This document shows, in pieces, positions 40,943-50,902 of a stretch of DNA of 64,000 nucleotides. The notes under the pieces are model-generated. The model was not told the DNA's origin. It was given only the letters and a program-made list of their open reading frames with translations, and searched no databases. Both the position numbers and the translations under genes were made by a program. The DNA is taken from positions 4,328-68,327 of the forward strand of contig JAYEMX010000064.1 in the NCBI GenBank assembly GCA_034718535.1, read 5' to 3'. The DNA is from Patescibacteria group bacterium (lineage in GTDB: Bacteria > Patescibacteriota > Microgenomatia > UBA1400 > CG1-02-47-37). Position 1 is the stretch's first letter. Every line of letters starts with the position of its first letter.

Positions 40943-42283
40943 TTAACGGTTTTGATTGATTCGTATCTCTTTAGTTTTTATGGTTTCTGTCAAGAAATAA
41001 TTATTTGAGTGATCGAACTCAAGAACTTGAGCTGTTTTAGGAATGATGACTTGTTTAGAGTGATAGCCCATTTCTTTAGCTAATTTTTCATATTGGCGCA
41101 TATGTCTAAAACTGCCACCGATGGGATAAACATAACGAGCATTAACTAACTCCATTAAAAGCTGAATCTCTCCAGCAGAAGCATGACCCGAGACGTGAAG
41201 GTCTTCAATCATTTGGCTATGATTAACCGTGACTCCGAGTTTGGCTATTTGATCAAGAACTTTGTAAACCAAAGTTTCATTGCCCGGAATAATATCTGAC
41301 GAAAAAATAATTTTGTCGGTTAATTTTAATTTTAAAGTTCTATGAGTACCGGCGGCAAATCTGGTTAAAGAAGAACCTTCTTGGCCCTGACTGCCGGCAA
41401 TAATAACACAAACTTGATTATCTCGATATTTTTTTAGTTGATTTGGTTTAATAATGGCTTTAGATGAAACTTTTAAAAATCCAAGTTTGATAGCGATGGT
41501 AGTATTTCTTTCCATGGATCTACCGATAAAACAAATTTTTCTTCCCAAACTAATGGCTACATCAACTGCTTGTTGAATCCGATGAATTTGAGAAGACATG
41601 GTGGTAAAAATCAGACGACCATTCCAATAGCTAAATTCACGATGAATGGCTGGAGTTAAGGTAGCTTCTGAAGGAGTAAAACCCTGTCTTTCTCCTCTTA
41701 AGCAGTCAGAAATTAAACAAAGAATTTTCTTTTGACTTAAATTAACAATTTTTTGAAAGTTGGGAGGACGGTGGTCGATTGGAGTTAAATCAAATTTGTA
41801 GTCGGTACCATGATAAATATTACCAACCGGCGTTTCGATGACAAAATGAAAAGTATCTGGAACCGAGTGAGTAACATGGATAGGGTGAATAGTAAATAGT
41901 CCGAGTTTAATTTGATCTGATTCTTTAAAAACAGTAATTTTTTGATTTAATTTAAAGTCTTTGAGACGATCTTGAGCAAAACCAGCGGTTAAGCGAGAAG
42001 CATAAATGGGATGGTTGCCAATTTTAGGTAAAATGTGAGGCAGGGCAGCATGATGGTCATCGTGCCCGTGAGTCAAAATAATTCCTTTAATATTAATCTC
42101 CGGGTGATTTAGTAGATAACTAATATCGGGAATTAAGATATCATTAGTTTCTTTATCGTCCGGAAAGCCAATCCCGCAATCAATGATAATGGCTTCTTTC
42201 CCATATTGATATAGGTACATGTTATTAGTAACCATGCCCGGCCCACCGCCGAGAGGAATGATGCGTAAATTGTTATTGTTCAT
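40943..42283 (-). CDS. rnj: Ribonuclease J (metallo-beta-lactamase / beta-CASP)
   Basis: LTHGHDDH motif; beta-CASP region. Confidence 0.8.
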   Translation of the reverse strand: MNNNNLRIIPLGGGPGMVTNNMYLYQYGKEAIIIDCGIGFPDDKETNDILIPDISYLLNHPEINIKGIILTHGHDDHHAALPHILPKIGNHPIYASRLTAGFAQDRLKDFKLNQKITVFKESDQIKLGLFTIHPIHVTHSVPDTFHFVIETPVGNIYHGTDYKFDLTPIDHRPPNFQKIVNLSQKKILCLISDCLRGERQGFTPSEATLTPAIHREFSYWNGRLIFTTMSSQIHRIQQAVDVAISLGRKICFIGRSMERNTTIAIKLGFLKVSSKAIIKPNQLKKYRDNQVCVIIAGSQGQEGSSLTRFAAGTHRTLKLKLTDKIIFSSDIIPGNETLVYKVLDQIAKLGVTVNHSQMIEDLHVSGHASAGEIQLLMELVNARYVYPIGGSFRHMRQYEKLAKEMGYHSKQVIIPKTAQVLEFDHSNNYFLTETIKTKEIRINQNR

Positions 42284-43347
42284 ATTGGTAAATAGTTTTT
42301 AATATTTTTTAAGGTTAAGTGAATGTGCTTAGTTTGACCTTCAACTATTAGTTTAGCAATTTTATGACAAATTCCTTTAATAGTCCGCTCCAAAGTTCTG
42401 ATACCGGCATCAAAGCCCAGAGGTCTAACTATTTTTGGCCAAATATCATCATCTAAACTTAAATTGTCTTTGGTTAAACCAGACTGTTTTAAAGTATGAG
42501 GTAAAATATAATTTTTAGCGATAGTAATTTTTTCATTATCAGTATATGAAGGCATTTGGATAATTTCCAAACGGTCAAGAACAGCAGTGGCAATATTCCT
42601 AGTATTGTTGGCCGTAGCTATAAATAAAACGTTTGATAAATCGACTGGATAATCCAAATAATGATCGGTAAATTGAGAGTTTTGTTCCGGGTCAAGTAGT
42701 TCAACTAAAACACCCATAATATCGGCTTGAGCATTAGCGCCGACTCTATCAATTTCATCCAGCAAAAAAATTGGATTTTTGGTTTGAGCTTTTTTTAGAG
42801 CTTTAATAATTAAACCCGGTTCGGCATCGGGATGAAGTCTAGATTGACCCCTTAAATCTCTGGCTGATCCTAAACCGCCAAAAGGAATACGGACATATTT
42901 TCTTTGCATGGCTTCAGCCAATGAAGGACCAAAGGTGGTTTTACCAGTACCAACTAAACCAACTAAACATAAAATTGGGGCCCGTGAAATTTTATTATTA
43001 TAATTAAGATTATTTGACTGCGAACGAGTTAATGACAAAACAGAAATATATTCCAATATTTTTTCTTTAACTTGATCCATACCATAATGATGTTTATCTA
43101 AAATTTCTTTGGCGATTTTTAAATTTAGTCTATCTTGACTAAATTTTGTCCAAGGAAGACTTATAATCCAATCCAAATATTTTGAAGTACGTTCAAATTC
43201 GATTGAATAACCTCGGTGCTCCACCATTAAAGAAAGTCTTTTAATCATTTCTAAAGTTTTGATTTTTAACTCAGGGGGAAGAGTAATTTTAGATAGTCTA
43301 TTTTCCAATTTTTGGGTTTCTTTAACTAGGGCAGATGTCTGGTTCAT
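42280..43347 (-). CDS. Lon-family AAA+ ATPase module without LON N-terminal or S16 protease domains
   Basis: Lon signatures (KILEYISV, ILCLVGLVGTGKTT, LLDEIDRVG, LDPEQN, LFIATANN, LDRLEII) in a 355-aa protein ending before any protease Ser-Lys dyad; ATGA-coupled to rnj. Confidence 0.6.
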   Translation of the reverse strand: MNQTSALVKETQKLENRLSKITLPPELKIKTLEMIKRLSLMVEHRGYSIEFERTSKYLDWIISLPWTKFSQDRLNLKIAKEILDKHHYGMDQVKEKILEYISVLSLTRSQSNNLNYNNKISRAPILCLVGLVGTGKTTFGPSLAEAMQRKYVRIPFGGLGSARDLRGQSRLHPDAEPGLIIKALKKAQTKNPIFLLDEIDRVGANAQADIMGVLVELLDPEQNSQFTDHYLDYPVDLSNVLFIATANNTRNIATAVLDRLEIIQMPSYTDNEKITIAKNYILPHTLKQSGLTKDNLSLDDDIWPKIVRPLGFDAGIRTLERTIKGICHKIAKLIVEGQTKHIHLTLKNIKNYLPI

Positions 43348-43362
43348 AGGGCAAATGTGTTT

Positions 43363-45525
43363 CTAATGTTGTCGAGACCGACGACTATTAAAGTTACCAC
43401 TTGATCTTTGAGGGCTTGATTGCTGGCGTTGTCTAGCTTGATCTTCTTGTTCGGGAGTTAAAGTAGTTAAATCAATTCTATTCATTTCGTCTATTTTGGT
43501 AACTCTAACATGGAGAGAGTCACCGATTTTAACTACGTCGTTAATATTTTTAACAAATTGATCTGATAGTTTACTAATATGGACCATGCCATCTCTTCCG
43601 GGAAGTAATTCAACAAAGGCACCATAGTTTTCAACTCTAACAACCGTGCCATCAAATTCTTCACCAACTTGAATTTCTCTGGTTAGGCCTTTAACCCAAG
43701 TAACGGCTCTGTTTAAATTTTCATCAGTTTCTCCGGTAATGGTGACACAACCATCATCTTCGACATTAACTTCACACTCAGTAGATTTAATAATTTCTTT
43801 GATTTGTCTGCCACCCGGACCAATCAGTTCACCGATTTTTTCTACTGAAATATTAAGGGTGGCGATTTTGGGAGCATAAAGAGAAAGTTTTTTTCTCGGT
43901 GTAGCTAAGGTTTTGGCCATTGATTCCAAGACGGTTAGTCTGGCTATTTTAGCTTGGTTTAAAGCGGTTTCTAAAACTTTAAATGGTATACCGGAAATTT
44001 TAATATCCATTTGTAAGGCGGTAATGCCGTCTTTAGTGCCGGCTACTTTAAAATCCATATCACCAATATGATCTTCTAAACCTTGAATGTCGGTTAAAAT
44101 AGTATAGTCGTCTTCTTGTTTCATTAAACCCATAGCAATACCGGCGACTGGTTTTTTTAGAGGCACGCCAGCATCCATTAATGAAAGAGATGAGCCACAA
44201 ACAGAGGCCATAGACGAAGAACCATTGCTTGACATAATTTCGGAAACAACCCTGATAGTGTAGGGAAAGTTTTCTTTGGTTGGAAGCATTGGTTCAATAG
44301 CTCTTTCAGCTAAGGCTCCATGGCCAATTTCTCTTCTTTTTGGCCAACCAATTCGGCCGGTTTCACCAACACAAAATGGAGGAAAATTATAATGATGGAT
44401 ATATCTTTTCTTGGTTTCACCATTTAAATCTTCAATTAATTGTTCCAGCCTGGGTGAACCTAAAGTAACAACAGAAAGAGCTTGAGTAGCTCCTCTTTTA
44501 AACATGGCAGATCCGTGAGTTCTTGGAAGAAGACTAACTTTTGAAGAAAGATCTCTAACTTGATCAGTGGTGCGACCATCCGGTCTGATTTTTTTATCAA
44601 AAAGTTGAGTTCTTAATACTTGGTTAAAATAATTATTAATAACTTCTTTGATTGTATTGGGTTCTATATCTTCGAGTTGATTGATAACAGCTTGTTCGAT
44701 TTCATAAATTTCATTTTTAGGTGAACCTGCTTTTAATCTTTTAATAAAGTCGTCAAGTGAAGATTTGGATTTGGCTAAGATTTCTTTTTTATCTGTTTCA
44801 GAAATTTTACTTTCCAATACTTCTACTTTTTCAGTTCCAATTTCTTTTACTAATTGATTGATAACTTCTGTTATTTTTTTAATTTCTTCTCCGGCTGTTT
44901 CCAAGGCTTTGATGGTTAATTTTTCGGAAATTTCATTGGCTCCAGCTTCAACCATAACAATAGCCTGCTTAGATCCGGAAACAACTAAATCAAGTTTTGA
45001 AGTCTCCAGTTCTTTTTTAGTCGGATTAATAATTAAATTACTTTTTGGGTCAGTGCCGATTCTAACAGCTGCAATTGGACCTTTAAAAGGAATGTTTGAA
45101 ATACTTAAGGCGGCTGAAGTGCCGATTAATCCCAAAATGTCAGGATTGGTTTGTTTGTCGTAGGATAAAATCGAGACAATAACTTGAACTTCCGACATAT
45201 AGTTTTTTGGGAATAACGGCCTAATTGATCGATCAATTAGTCTGGCTTTTAAAATAGATTCGTCTGTTGGCTTACCTTCTCTTTTAACCCAACGAGAGCC
45301 TTTAATAATACCGGCGGCATAAAGCTTTTCTCGATATTCAACCGATAAAGGAAAATATCCCAAACTGGGGTTTTCTCTGCCGGCTACCACGGTAACTTGA
45401 ACAACAGTTTCTCCGGAAGTAACGATAACAGCACCGGAAGCTTGCTGAGCATAACTACCGACTTCAATAGTTATCTCTTTATTATTAATAGTTACAGATT
45501 TTGAGGTTATTTTAGTGTTTGACAT
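43363..45525 (-). CDS. pnp: Polyribonucleotide nucleotidyltransferase (PNPase) with an R/Q/S-rich C-terminal tail
   Basis: Two RNase PH domains plus KH and S1. Confidence 0.92.
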   Translation of the reverse strand: MSNTKITSKSVTINNKEITIEVGSYAQQASGAVIVTSGETVVQVTVVAGRENPSLGYFPLSVEYREKLYAAGIIKGSRWVKREGKPTDESILKARLIDRSIRPLFPKNYMSEVQVIVSILSYDKQTNPDILGLIGTSAALSISNIPFKGPIAAVRIGTDPKSNLIINPTKKELETSKLDLVVSGSKQAIVMVEAGANEISEKLTIKALETAGEEIKKITEVINQLVKEIGTEKVEVLESKISETDKKEILAKSKSSLDDFIKRLKAGSPKNEIYEIEQAVINQLEDIEPNTIKEVINNYFNQVLRTQLFDKKIRPDGRTTDQVRDLSSKVSLLPRTHGSAMFKRGATQALSVVTLGSPRLEQLIEDLNGETKKRYIHHYNFPPFCVGETGRIGWPKRREIGHGALAERAIEPMLPTKENFPYTIRVVSEIMSSNGSSSMASVCGSSLSLMDAGVPLKKPVAGIAMGLMKQEDDYTILTDIQGLEDHIGDMDFKVAGTKDGITALQMDIKISGIPFKVLETALNQAKIARLTVLESMAKTLATPRKKLSLYAPKIATLNISVEKIGELIGPGGRQIKEIIKSTECEVNVEDDGCVTITGETDENLNRAVTWVKGLTREIQVGEEFDGTVVRVENYGAFVELLPGRDGMVHISKLSDQFVKNINDVVKIGDSLHVRVTKIDEMNRIDLTTLTPEQEDQARQRQQSSPQRSSGNFNSRRSRQH

Positions 45526-45531
45526 GTGTTT

Positions 45532-45807
45532 TTAATTTTTTAATTTTAATTTTAATTTTTTAATAGTATTTTCGTGTCTTTTTTTATCTTTGCTTTTTAA
45601 GTAATTTAGTAAACGACGACGTTTACTGACCATGGCTAATAAGCCTTTTCTTGAATGATTGTCTTTTTTATGTTTTTTAAGATGTTCTGTAAGTTCTTTA
45701 ATCCGTTCTGTAAGAAGAGCAATTTGAATTTCTGGTGAACCGGTATCGCCTTTTTGTGTGGCAAATTTTTTAATTATTTTTTCTTTTTTTGAAGTAACTA
45801 ATGTCAT
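45532..45807 (-). CDS. rpsO: 30S ribosomal protein S15
   Basis: [17 protein letters not shown]...HSRKGLL signature. Confidence 0.9.
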   Translation of the reverse strand: MTLVTSKKEKIIKKFATQKGDTGSPEIQIALLTERIKELTEHLKKHKKDNHSRKGLLAMVSKRRRLLNYLKSKDKKRHENTIKKLKLKLKN

Positions 45808-45847
45808 AACTCTGGTATTTTATCAGATAAAGGTAAATATATAAAGG

Positions 45848-46846
45848 TTAGATCTTAGATGAAGAGCTAGTTAAAACTTTTGGCTTTAGCCAATCGGGTT
45901 GAGGAGCTCGAGATTTCTCTGGTAATCTCTGTAAAGGTTTAGTAGAGGGTTGTTGAGGGATAGATTGAGATAATTGAGGGGGTTTGTTTGGAGTAGAAAC
46001 GGGGTGGAGCTGGTTAGTTGGTTGAAGTGACGGGGTGGTTGGCCAGCTTGGAATTTGTCTTGGAGTTTTTGAAGTAAAAGGAGTAGTAGGGCGAGGAGTT
46101 GATAAAATATAACCTTTTTTAGCCCCTAAACGAATTAACTCTGCTACGGTTTCATAGGTTTCCGGAGATGAAGCTTGAGCTAAGTTGTTGGTGGCAGATT
46201 CAATGCCTGTAAGTAAGTTGGTGGCAATATCTTGATTGATGGAAAGATTAAGTGATTTTAAAACCGTAAAAGTAATTTCACTGCAACCAGTTGAGGTGGG
46301 ATCATATATATTAACAGTGCCAAATTGAGTATTTTTATCTAAGTTTGATAAATTAACTATGGGTGTTTTTGGATCATCAAGTAAAGTTTTTTCTTGCTGA
46401 TACAAAGACCCCAGGTCTTCTTTACTTTTGGTGCCGATAATAAAAATAAGGTCGGCATTTGAACCGGTGTAGGAATATTTAACTGATTGAGAGTCAAGGG
46501 GTGGAAAGCCGGCTTTTGGTTCAATGGTCAGGTGAATTTTTTTGTTTTGAGGGTCTTTGTCATAGGAAACTTTTTCTAGAGAATCTTCATCATATTGAAA
46601 AGAGATAACTAAGTTCTGGTTGCCAATGTTTGATTTGATTTTATCAACGGCAAAAAGACGATTAAAATTAACTGTCATAGGGGTTGAACAACCAATGGTA
46701 GGATTTTTTTGCTGATTAAGTAAAGATAAATAAAGAGATAGTCCGGCAGATACAATGTCTAGGTTGGGATTTTGGGGAAGTAAAATTAAGACTGTTTTTG
46801 CAGTTTTTAGGGCAGTTAAGATAGGTTGGGTGTTATATTGTTTCAT
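45848..46846 (-). CDS. DHH-family phosphoesterase-like protein (NrnA-like position after infB) with an apparently degenerate catalytic motif and a P/T/Q/S-rich C-terminal tail
   Basis: N-terminal VLILLPQNPNLDIVSAGLS resembles NrnA motif I/II without the Asp/His; tentative. Confidence 0.3.
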   Translation of the reverse strand: MKQYNTQPILTALKTAKTVLILLPQNPNLDIVSAGLSLYLSLLNQQKNPTIGCSTPMTVNFNRLFAVDKIKSNIGNQNLVISFQYDEDSLEKVSYDKDPQNKKIHLTIEPKAGFPPLDSQSVKYSYTGSNADLIFIIGTKSKEDLGSLYQQEKTLLDDPKTPIVNLSNLDKNTQFGTVNIYDPTSTGCSEITFTVLKSLNLSINQDIATNLLTGIESATNNLAQASSPETYETVAELIRLGAKKGYILSTPRPTTPFTSKTPRQIPSWPTTPSLQPTNQLHPVSTPNKPPQLSQSIPQQPSTKPLQRLPEKSRAPQPDWLKPKVLTSSSSKI

Positions 46847-46857
46847 AATTTTTCTTT

Positions 46858-46934
46858 AAGGTTGAACCCTGTCTCACTTTGTTCGACTAAACATCTCGAC
46901 TTTTAGTCGGGATTTCCGGAGAGGGTTCAACCTT
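46858..46934. other. Nested inverted-repeat structured element of about 80 nt in the infB to DHH-like spacer (outer aaggttgaaccct / agggttcaacctt; inner gactaaa / tttagtc)
   Basis: Read directly. Confidence 0.4.
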
Positions 46935-46986
46935 ATTATTTCTACTTAATTTCTGATTATCTCAAAGATATCCTTTAAAGTCAATG

Positions 46987-48462
46987 TTATAGGATATTTT
47001 TGTAGGCAATAAGTTTATCTTTTGGTTGAAAGTCCAACTTAGAAGTAAAACTAACTCCACATTGTTCCCCTTTTATGACTCTATCAACAATTTTCTTTTC
47101 TTGATTAATGGATTTAATTTTACTATCAGCAATGGTTTGTTTTTTTCTAATTAAATGAACTTTACTTCCAGGGGTAAGTTTACCGCTAATAACCTCACAA
47201 CCGGCTATTTTTGCACCTTTAACAGTAAACTCAGCAATGATTTTGGCTGTAGCCAATTCCTGTTCATCTATGGTGGGTTCTAATATTTTTAAAATTTCTT
47301 TTTGAAGATCGTCTAAAAGTTTGTGAATTAAAGAATAAGTTTTGATTAAAATTGATTCGCGATCAGCTAAATTGATGACAGAAGTAGCTGATTTAACCCT
47401 AAAGGCAATAATTTTGGCTTTAGTGGGTTGAGCTAGTAATACATCTGATTCGGAAATGTTTCCAACCCCTGAAGAAATTAAAGTGATGTCGTCGCCCAAA
47501 TTTTGAATAATGGCCTCTAAAGTTCCTTTTGTGTCTGCTTTTAGAATTATTTTGAGGGTTTGTTTGTCAGTTTCAGACTCAGAGGGTTCGGAGTTTTCTA
47601 GGGCAACATCTTCTGATTTTTCCGCCTTGACTTGGCCTTTGGCTCTTGATTTAATCGGGATTGAGACATCGGCTTTTTCGGGTTCTTTGGTAGTAACAAT
47701 AGAGCCAACCGGCGGTACTTGTTTAAAGCCCAAAATAAGAACTGGTTGACCGGGAGTAACTTGAGTTAAATTTTTGTTGTTTTCATCAAATAAAGCTTTG
47801 ACTTTACCAGAAGTATTTTGAGTAAAAATAGGGTCAGATATTTTTAAAGTTCCTGTTTTAACAATAATAGTGACAACAGCCCCTCTTTTTTGATCAAGAG
47901 ATGACTCGATAACTATGCCGGAAAAATCAGCCTGATCTTTATTTTTTAGTTCTAAGATATCAGTTGAAAGTAAAATCATTTCAAGAAGTTGATCTAAATT
48001 TTTCCCTGTTTTAGCAGAAACAGGAACACAGACTATATCTCCACCAAAACCCTCAACTGCAACTCCGGCATCAGCCAAATCTTTTTTTACAATGGCGGGT
48101 GAGGCATTAGGTAAATCCATTTTATTGATAGCTACTAAAAAAGGGACTTTTGCCAGCTTAATATGATCTAAACATTCTTTAGTTTGAGGTTTTATTGATT
48201 CAATGGCATCAATGACTAAGATAACCAAATCGGTTGCTTGAACCCCCCTAGCTCTCATGGCTGCAAAAGCAGCATGACCAGGAGTGTCGATAAAAGTTAA
48301 AGGTCTAGTTTTGTGTTTTATTTGATAGGCTCCAATATGTTGAGTAATCCCGCCGGACTCATTATTGGCAACTTTTGTTTTTCTTAAAGCATCAAGAAGG
48401 GTGGTTTTGCCATGATCGATGTGACCCATGACGGTAATAACTGGCGGCCTATTTTTTTTCAT
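46987..48462 (-). CDS. infB: Translation initiation factor IF-2, short form (491 aa) beginning at the G domain
   Basis: VITVMGHIDHGKTTLLD, DTPGH, NKMD motifs. Confidence 0.88.
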   Translation of the reverse strand: MKKNRPPVITVMGHIDHGKTTLLDALRKTKVANNESGGITQHIGAYQIKHKTRPLTFIDTPGHAAFAAMRARGVQATDLVILVIDAIESIKPQTKECLDHIKLAKVPFLVAINKMDLPNASPAIVKKDLADAGVAVEGFGGDIVCVPVSAKTGKNLDQLLEMILLSTDILELKNKDQADFSGIVIESSLDQKRGAVVTIIVKTGTLKISDPIFTQNTSGKVKALFDENNKNLTQVTPGQPVLILGFKQVPPVGSIVTTKEPEKADVSIPIKSRAKGQVKAEKSEDVALENSEPSESETDKQTLKIILKADTKGTLEAIIQNLGDDITLISSGVGNISESDVLLAQPTKAKIIAFRVKSATSVINLADRESILIKTYSLIHKLLDDLQKEILKILEPTIDEQELATAKIIAEFTVKGAKIAGCEVISGKLTPGSKVHLIRKKQTIADSKIKSINQEKKIVDRVIKGEQCGVSFTSKLDFQPKDKLIAYKNIL

Positions 48463-49630
48463 CTAGTTTTTCCTGAATTTCTTGAACTGTTTTTGGGCCC
48501 AAACCTTTGATGTTTTTGAGATCTAAACTAGATGCTCCTTTAAGGTCTTTTATGGTGGTTTTTTTAGCCTGAATTAAAGCGTTTCTGGCCCGACTGGAAA
48601 GTTCCAACTTATCTATTTCATACTCAAGATCGTCTTTGGTGGCACTGACTTTTTTGCCTTTGGGGCCCATTAAATTAATTTTGTATCCGGTTAATTTAGC
48701 TGCCAGCCTGACATTTTGACCTTCTCTGCCTATAGCTAAAGATAGTTGATCTTCCGGAACAATGATGTCGGCAATTTTATCTTTTTCATTAATTTTTACT
48801 TTTAAGTTTTCAGCTGGTTGAAGAGAAGAGGCAATGAATTTAGAATTATCTTCAGAGAACTCAATGATGTCTATTTTTTCTCCACCGAGTTCATTAATAA
48901 TAGCCTGAACCCTAACTCCTTTTTGGCCAACACATGAACCAACAGGGTCAACTCCGGCTTGAGTTGAAGCAACAGCGACCTTAGAACGATTGCCAGCTTC
49001 TCTGGCAATAGCTTTGATTTCCACAGCTTCTGAATTTACTTCTGGAACTTCTCTTTTAAATAAGCCTAAGACTAGTTCTTGATCGGCTCTGGAAACAATA
49101 ATTTGTTGACCTCTAGCGGTTTCTCTAATATCTTTAATATAAAGGGTTAAGCGTTGATTTAGTCGATAGTGTTCGTCACGAGCCTGTTCTTCCGGAGGCA
49201 TTAAACCTTGACCTCGACCGATATCACAAATAATAAACTTACCTTCAAATCTTAAAACCATACCATTAACCATAGAACCAACTCTATCACTATACTCATC
49301 AATAATAGCGTCTTTTTCTTCTTCTCTGATTTTTTGTAAAATCACTTGCTTGGCTGTTTGAGCAGCAATACGACCAAAATTTGGAGGAGTAACGTCTTTT
49401 TTGGGTTTATCTTCAATAATCTGAAAAATTTTGACTGATCCAGTAATTTCGTTTAGTTCAGCCTCAAATTCTAGTTCTTCGTCAACCTCATGATCTTTTT
49501 TATAGGCGGCAACTAAAGCTGATTTTATGGTTTTGATAACCGCTTCAATCGGAATACCTCTTTCCGAACAAATCTGATTTAAGGCCGAGGTAAATTCAGT
49601 TCTGGCAGATTTTGGAGTGATTGTTTTCAT
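48449..49630 (-). CDS. nusA: Transcription termination/antitermination factor NusA
   Basis: NusA N-terminal, S1, KH1/KH2 and C-terminal HhH region. Confidence 0.88.
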   Translation of the reverse strand: MKTITPKSARTEFTSALNQICSERGIPIEAVIKTIKSALVAAYKKDHEVDEELEFEAELNEITGSVKIFQIIEDKPKKDVTPPNFGRIAAQTAKQVILQKIREEEKDAIIDEYSDRVGSMVNGMVLRFEGKFIICDIGRGQGLMPPEEQARDEHYRLNQRLTLYIKDIRETARGQQIIVSRADQELVLGLFKREVPEVNSEAVEIKAIAREAGNRSKVAVASTQAGVDPVGSCVGQKGVRVQAIINELGGEKIDIIEFSEDNSKFIASSLQPAENLKVKINEKDKIADIIVPEDQLSLAIGREGQNVRLAAKLTGYKINLMGPKGKKVSATKDDLEYEIDKLELSSRARNALIQAKKTTIKDLKGASSLDLKNIKGLGPKTVQEIQEKLDEKK

Positions 49631-49671
49631 ATTAATCAGCAGGCTATGAATAACTGCAAGTTATATTTAAT

Positions 49672-49696
49672 AAAAAAGATGGGTTTCAATCCATCT
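49672..49696 (-). terminator. Hairpin agatgg-guuucaau-ccaucu followed by a U6 tract on the minus strand, downstream of the membrane-protein gene and upstream of nusA
   Basis: Read from sequence. Confidence 0.4.
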
Positions 49697-49798
49697 CTAA
49701 GTTTGTAATTTATTTAACTAGGCATAGTTTATCATGAGAAATGGTCTAGGGCAAGAGACCTACAAGAGACCTGCGGGGGATTGGGTAAAGAGAGTGGG

Positions 49799-50899
49799 TT
49801 ATTTTTTTAGTTTTTGGTTGAAGCGAGGGAGAATAAGGCGGTCAATGGTAAAGGGAGAGATTAGTGAGATGACTTCCAAAGTGAAAATGGAGAGTTCAAA
49901 AGCACTGGGGATTAGTCTAGTAATATAGTAAGCGCCGATGCCCAAGAGAGCCGCGCTTCTAAGATTATCTTTAAATAATTGTTTTTGAGTGGAAAAAATA
50001 ATGTTTTCGGGAATATTTTGAGATCTGGCGATCCTGGCCTTTTTAAAAATTTTCGGGATATTAAGCCAAAGCACAACTATAAAAGCGCCAATAGCGGTAA
50101 TGGCATTTAGAGTATAGTTGGGAACACTAACATCGCCTGAAAAAATTCTTAATTCCCAACCCTGAGGATAGTAACGAACCAAAATATAAGCTATTACAAA
50201 AAATAAAGTGAGAAACCCAGTAGAGTTTTTTAAGAAAGATTTTAAATAGTAGCTTAAAGTGGCAGTTTTAGGGTTAATTTTTTTTATGTCCGGAAGTCGA
50301 TGATAGTATTTAATTAATTTACCGTGAAGTAATTTATAAATTAAGATTAAGCCCCAAATAATAAAAACCCAACCCCAACCATAATCCTTGGTAGTAATTG
50401 GAATAGGGTATGGCAATCTGAAGATTGGGTCTTTAATGGGATAAGCGGGGTATTTTGAAAAAGCAAAAAGTAAATTTGGATTAAGTTTTATTGTGTAAAA
50501 ATCAGTTAAAAAAAGTTTACCAATGGAAATATAAGAAATAGTTTGGGTGAAGAAGTTAATAATGTACCAAAGAATGGTCGGGTCTCCTTTTTTTACAGAT
50601 TGTTTGATTAAAAACTGTTGATGTTTTTGATTTTTAACACTTTCTACTTTAGATTCAAATTCTTTAATGTGAGTTGAAAGAACTAGGTTTATAATTCTGA
50701 AGGGAACCATAAAAAAAGTTTGGAAAATACCAAGGCCAATGACGGCAATCCACATGTGTTGGATGTAGTGATAGATAAAGAAAAGAATCGAGGCGTAAAA
50801 TTTTACAGTAAGCCCAGAAAAAAATGCATAAATTAATAAGATTAAAAAAATTAAAGAAAAAAAAGTAGATGTTTTGGGGAGATTGGATGATTTATCCAT
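49799..50899 (-). CDS. Hypothetical polytopic integral membrane protein (possibly YidC/Oxa1-like insertase; uncertain)
   Basis: Multiple predicted TMs; follows dnaJ. Confidence 0.3.
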   Translation of the reverse strand: MDKSSNLPKTSTFFSLIFLILLIYAFFSGLTVKFYASILFFIYHYIQHMWIAVIGLGIFQTFFMVPFRIINLVLSTHIKEFESKVESVKNQKHQQFLIKQSVKKGDPTILWYIINFFTQTISYISIGKLFLTDFYTIKLNPNLLFAFSKYPAYPIKDPIFRLPYPIPITTKDYGWGWVFIIWGLILIYKLLHGKLIKYYHRLPDIKKINPKTATLSYYLKSFLKNSTGFLTLFFVIAYILVRYYPQGWELRIFSGDVSVPNYTLNAITAIGAFIVVLWLNIPKIFKKARIARSQNIPENIIFSTQKQLFKDNLRSAALLGIGAYYITRLIPSAFELSIFTLEVISLISPFTIDRLILPRFNQKLKK

Positions 50900-50902
50900 A
50901 CT

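Noticed and set aside
49751-49790. agagacctacaagagacctgc direct repeat as a degenerate REP-2
   Set aside because: No inverted symmetry, and only a 6-nt ctacaa match to REP-2.
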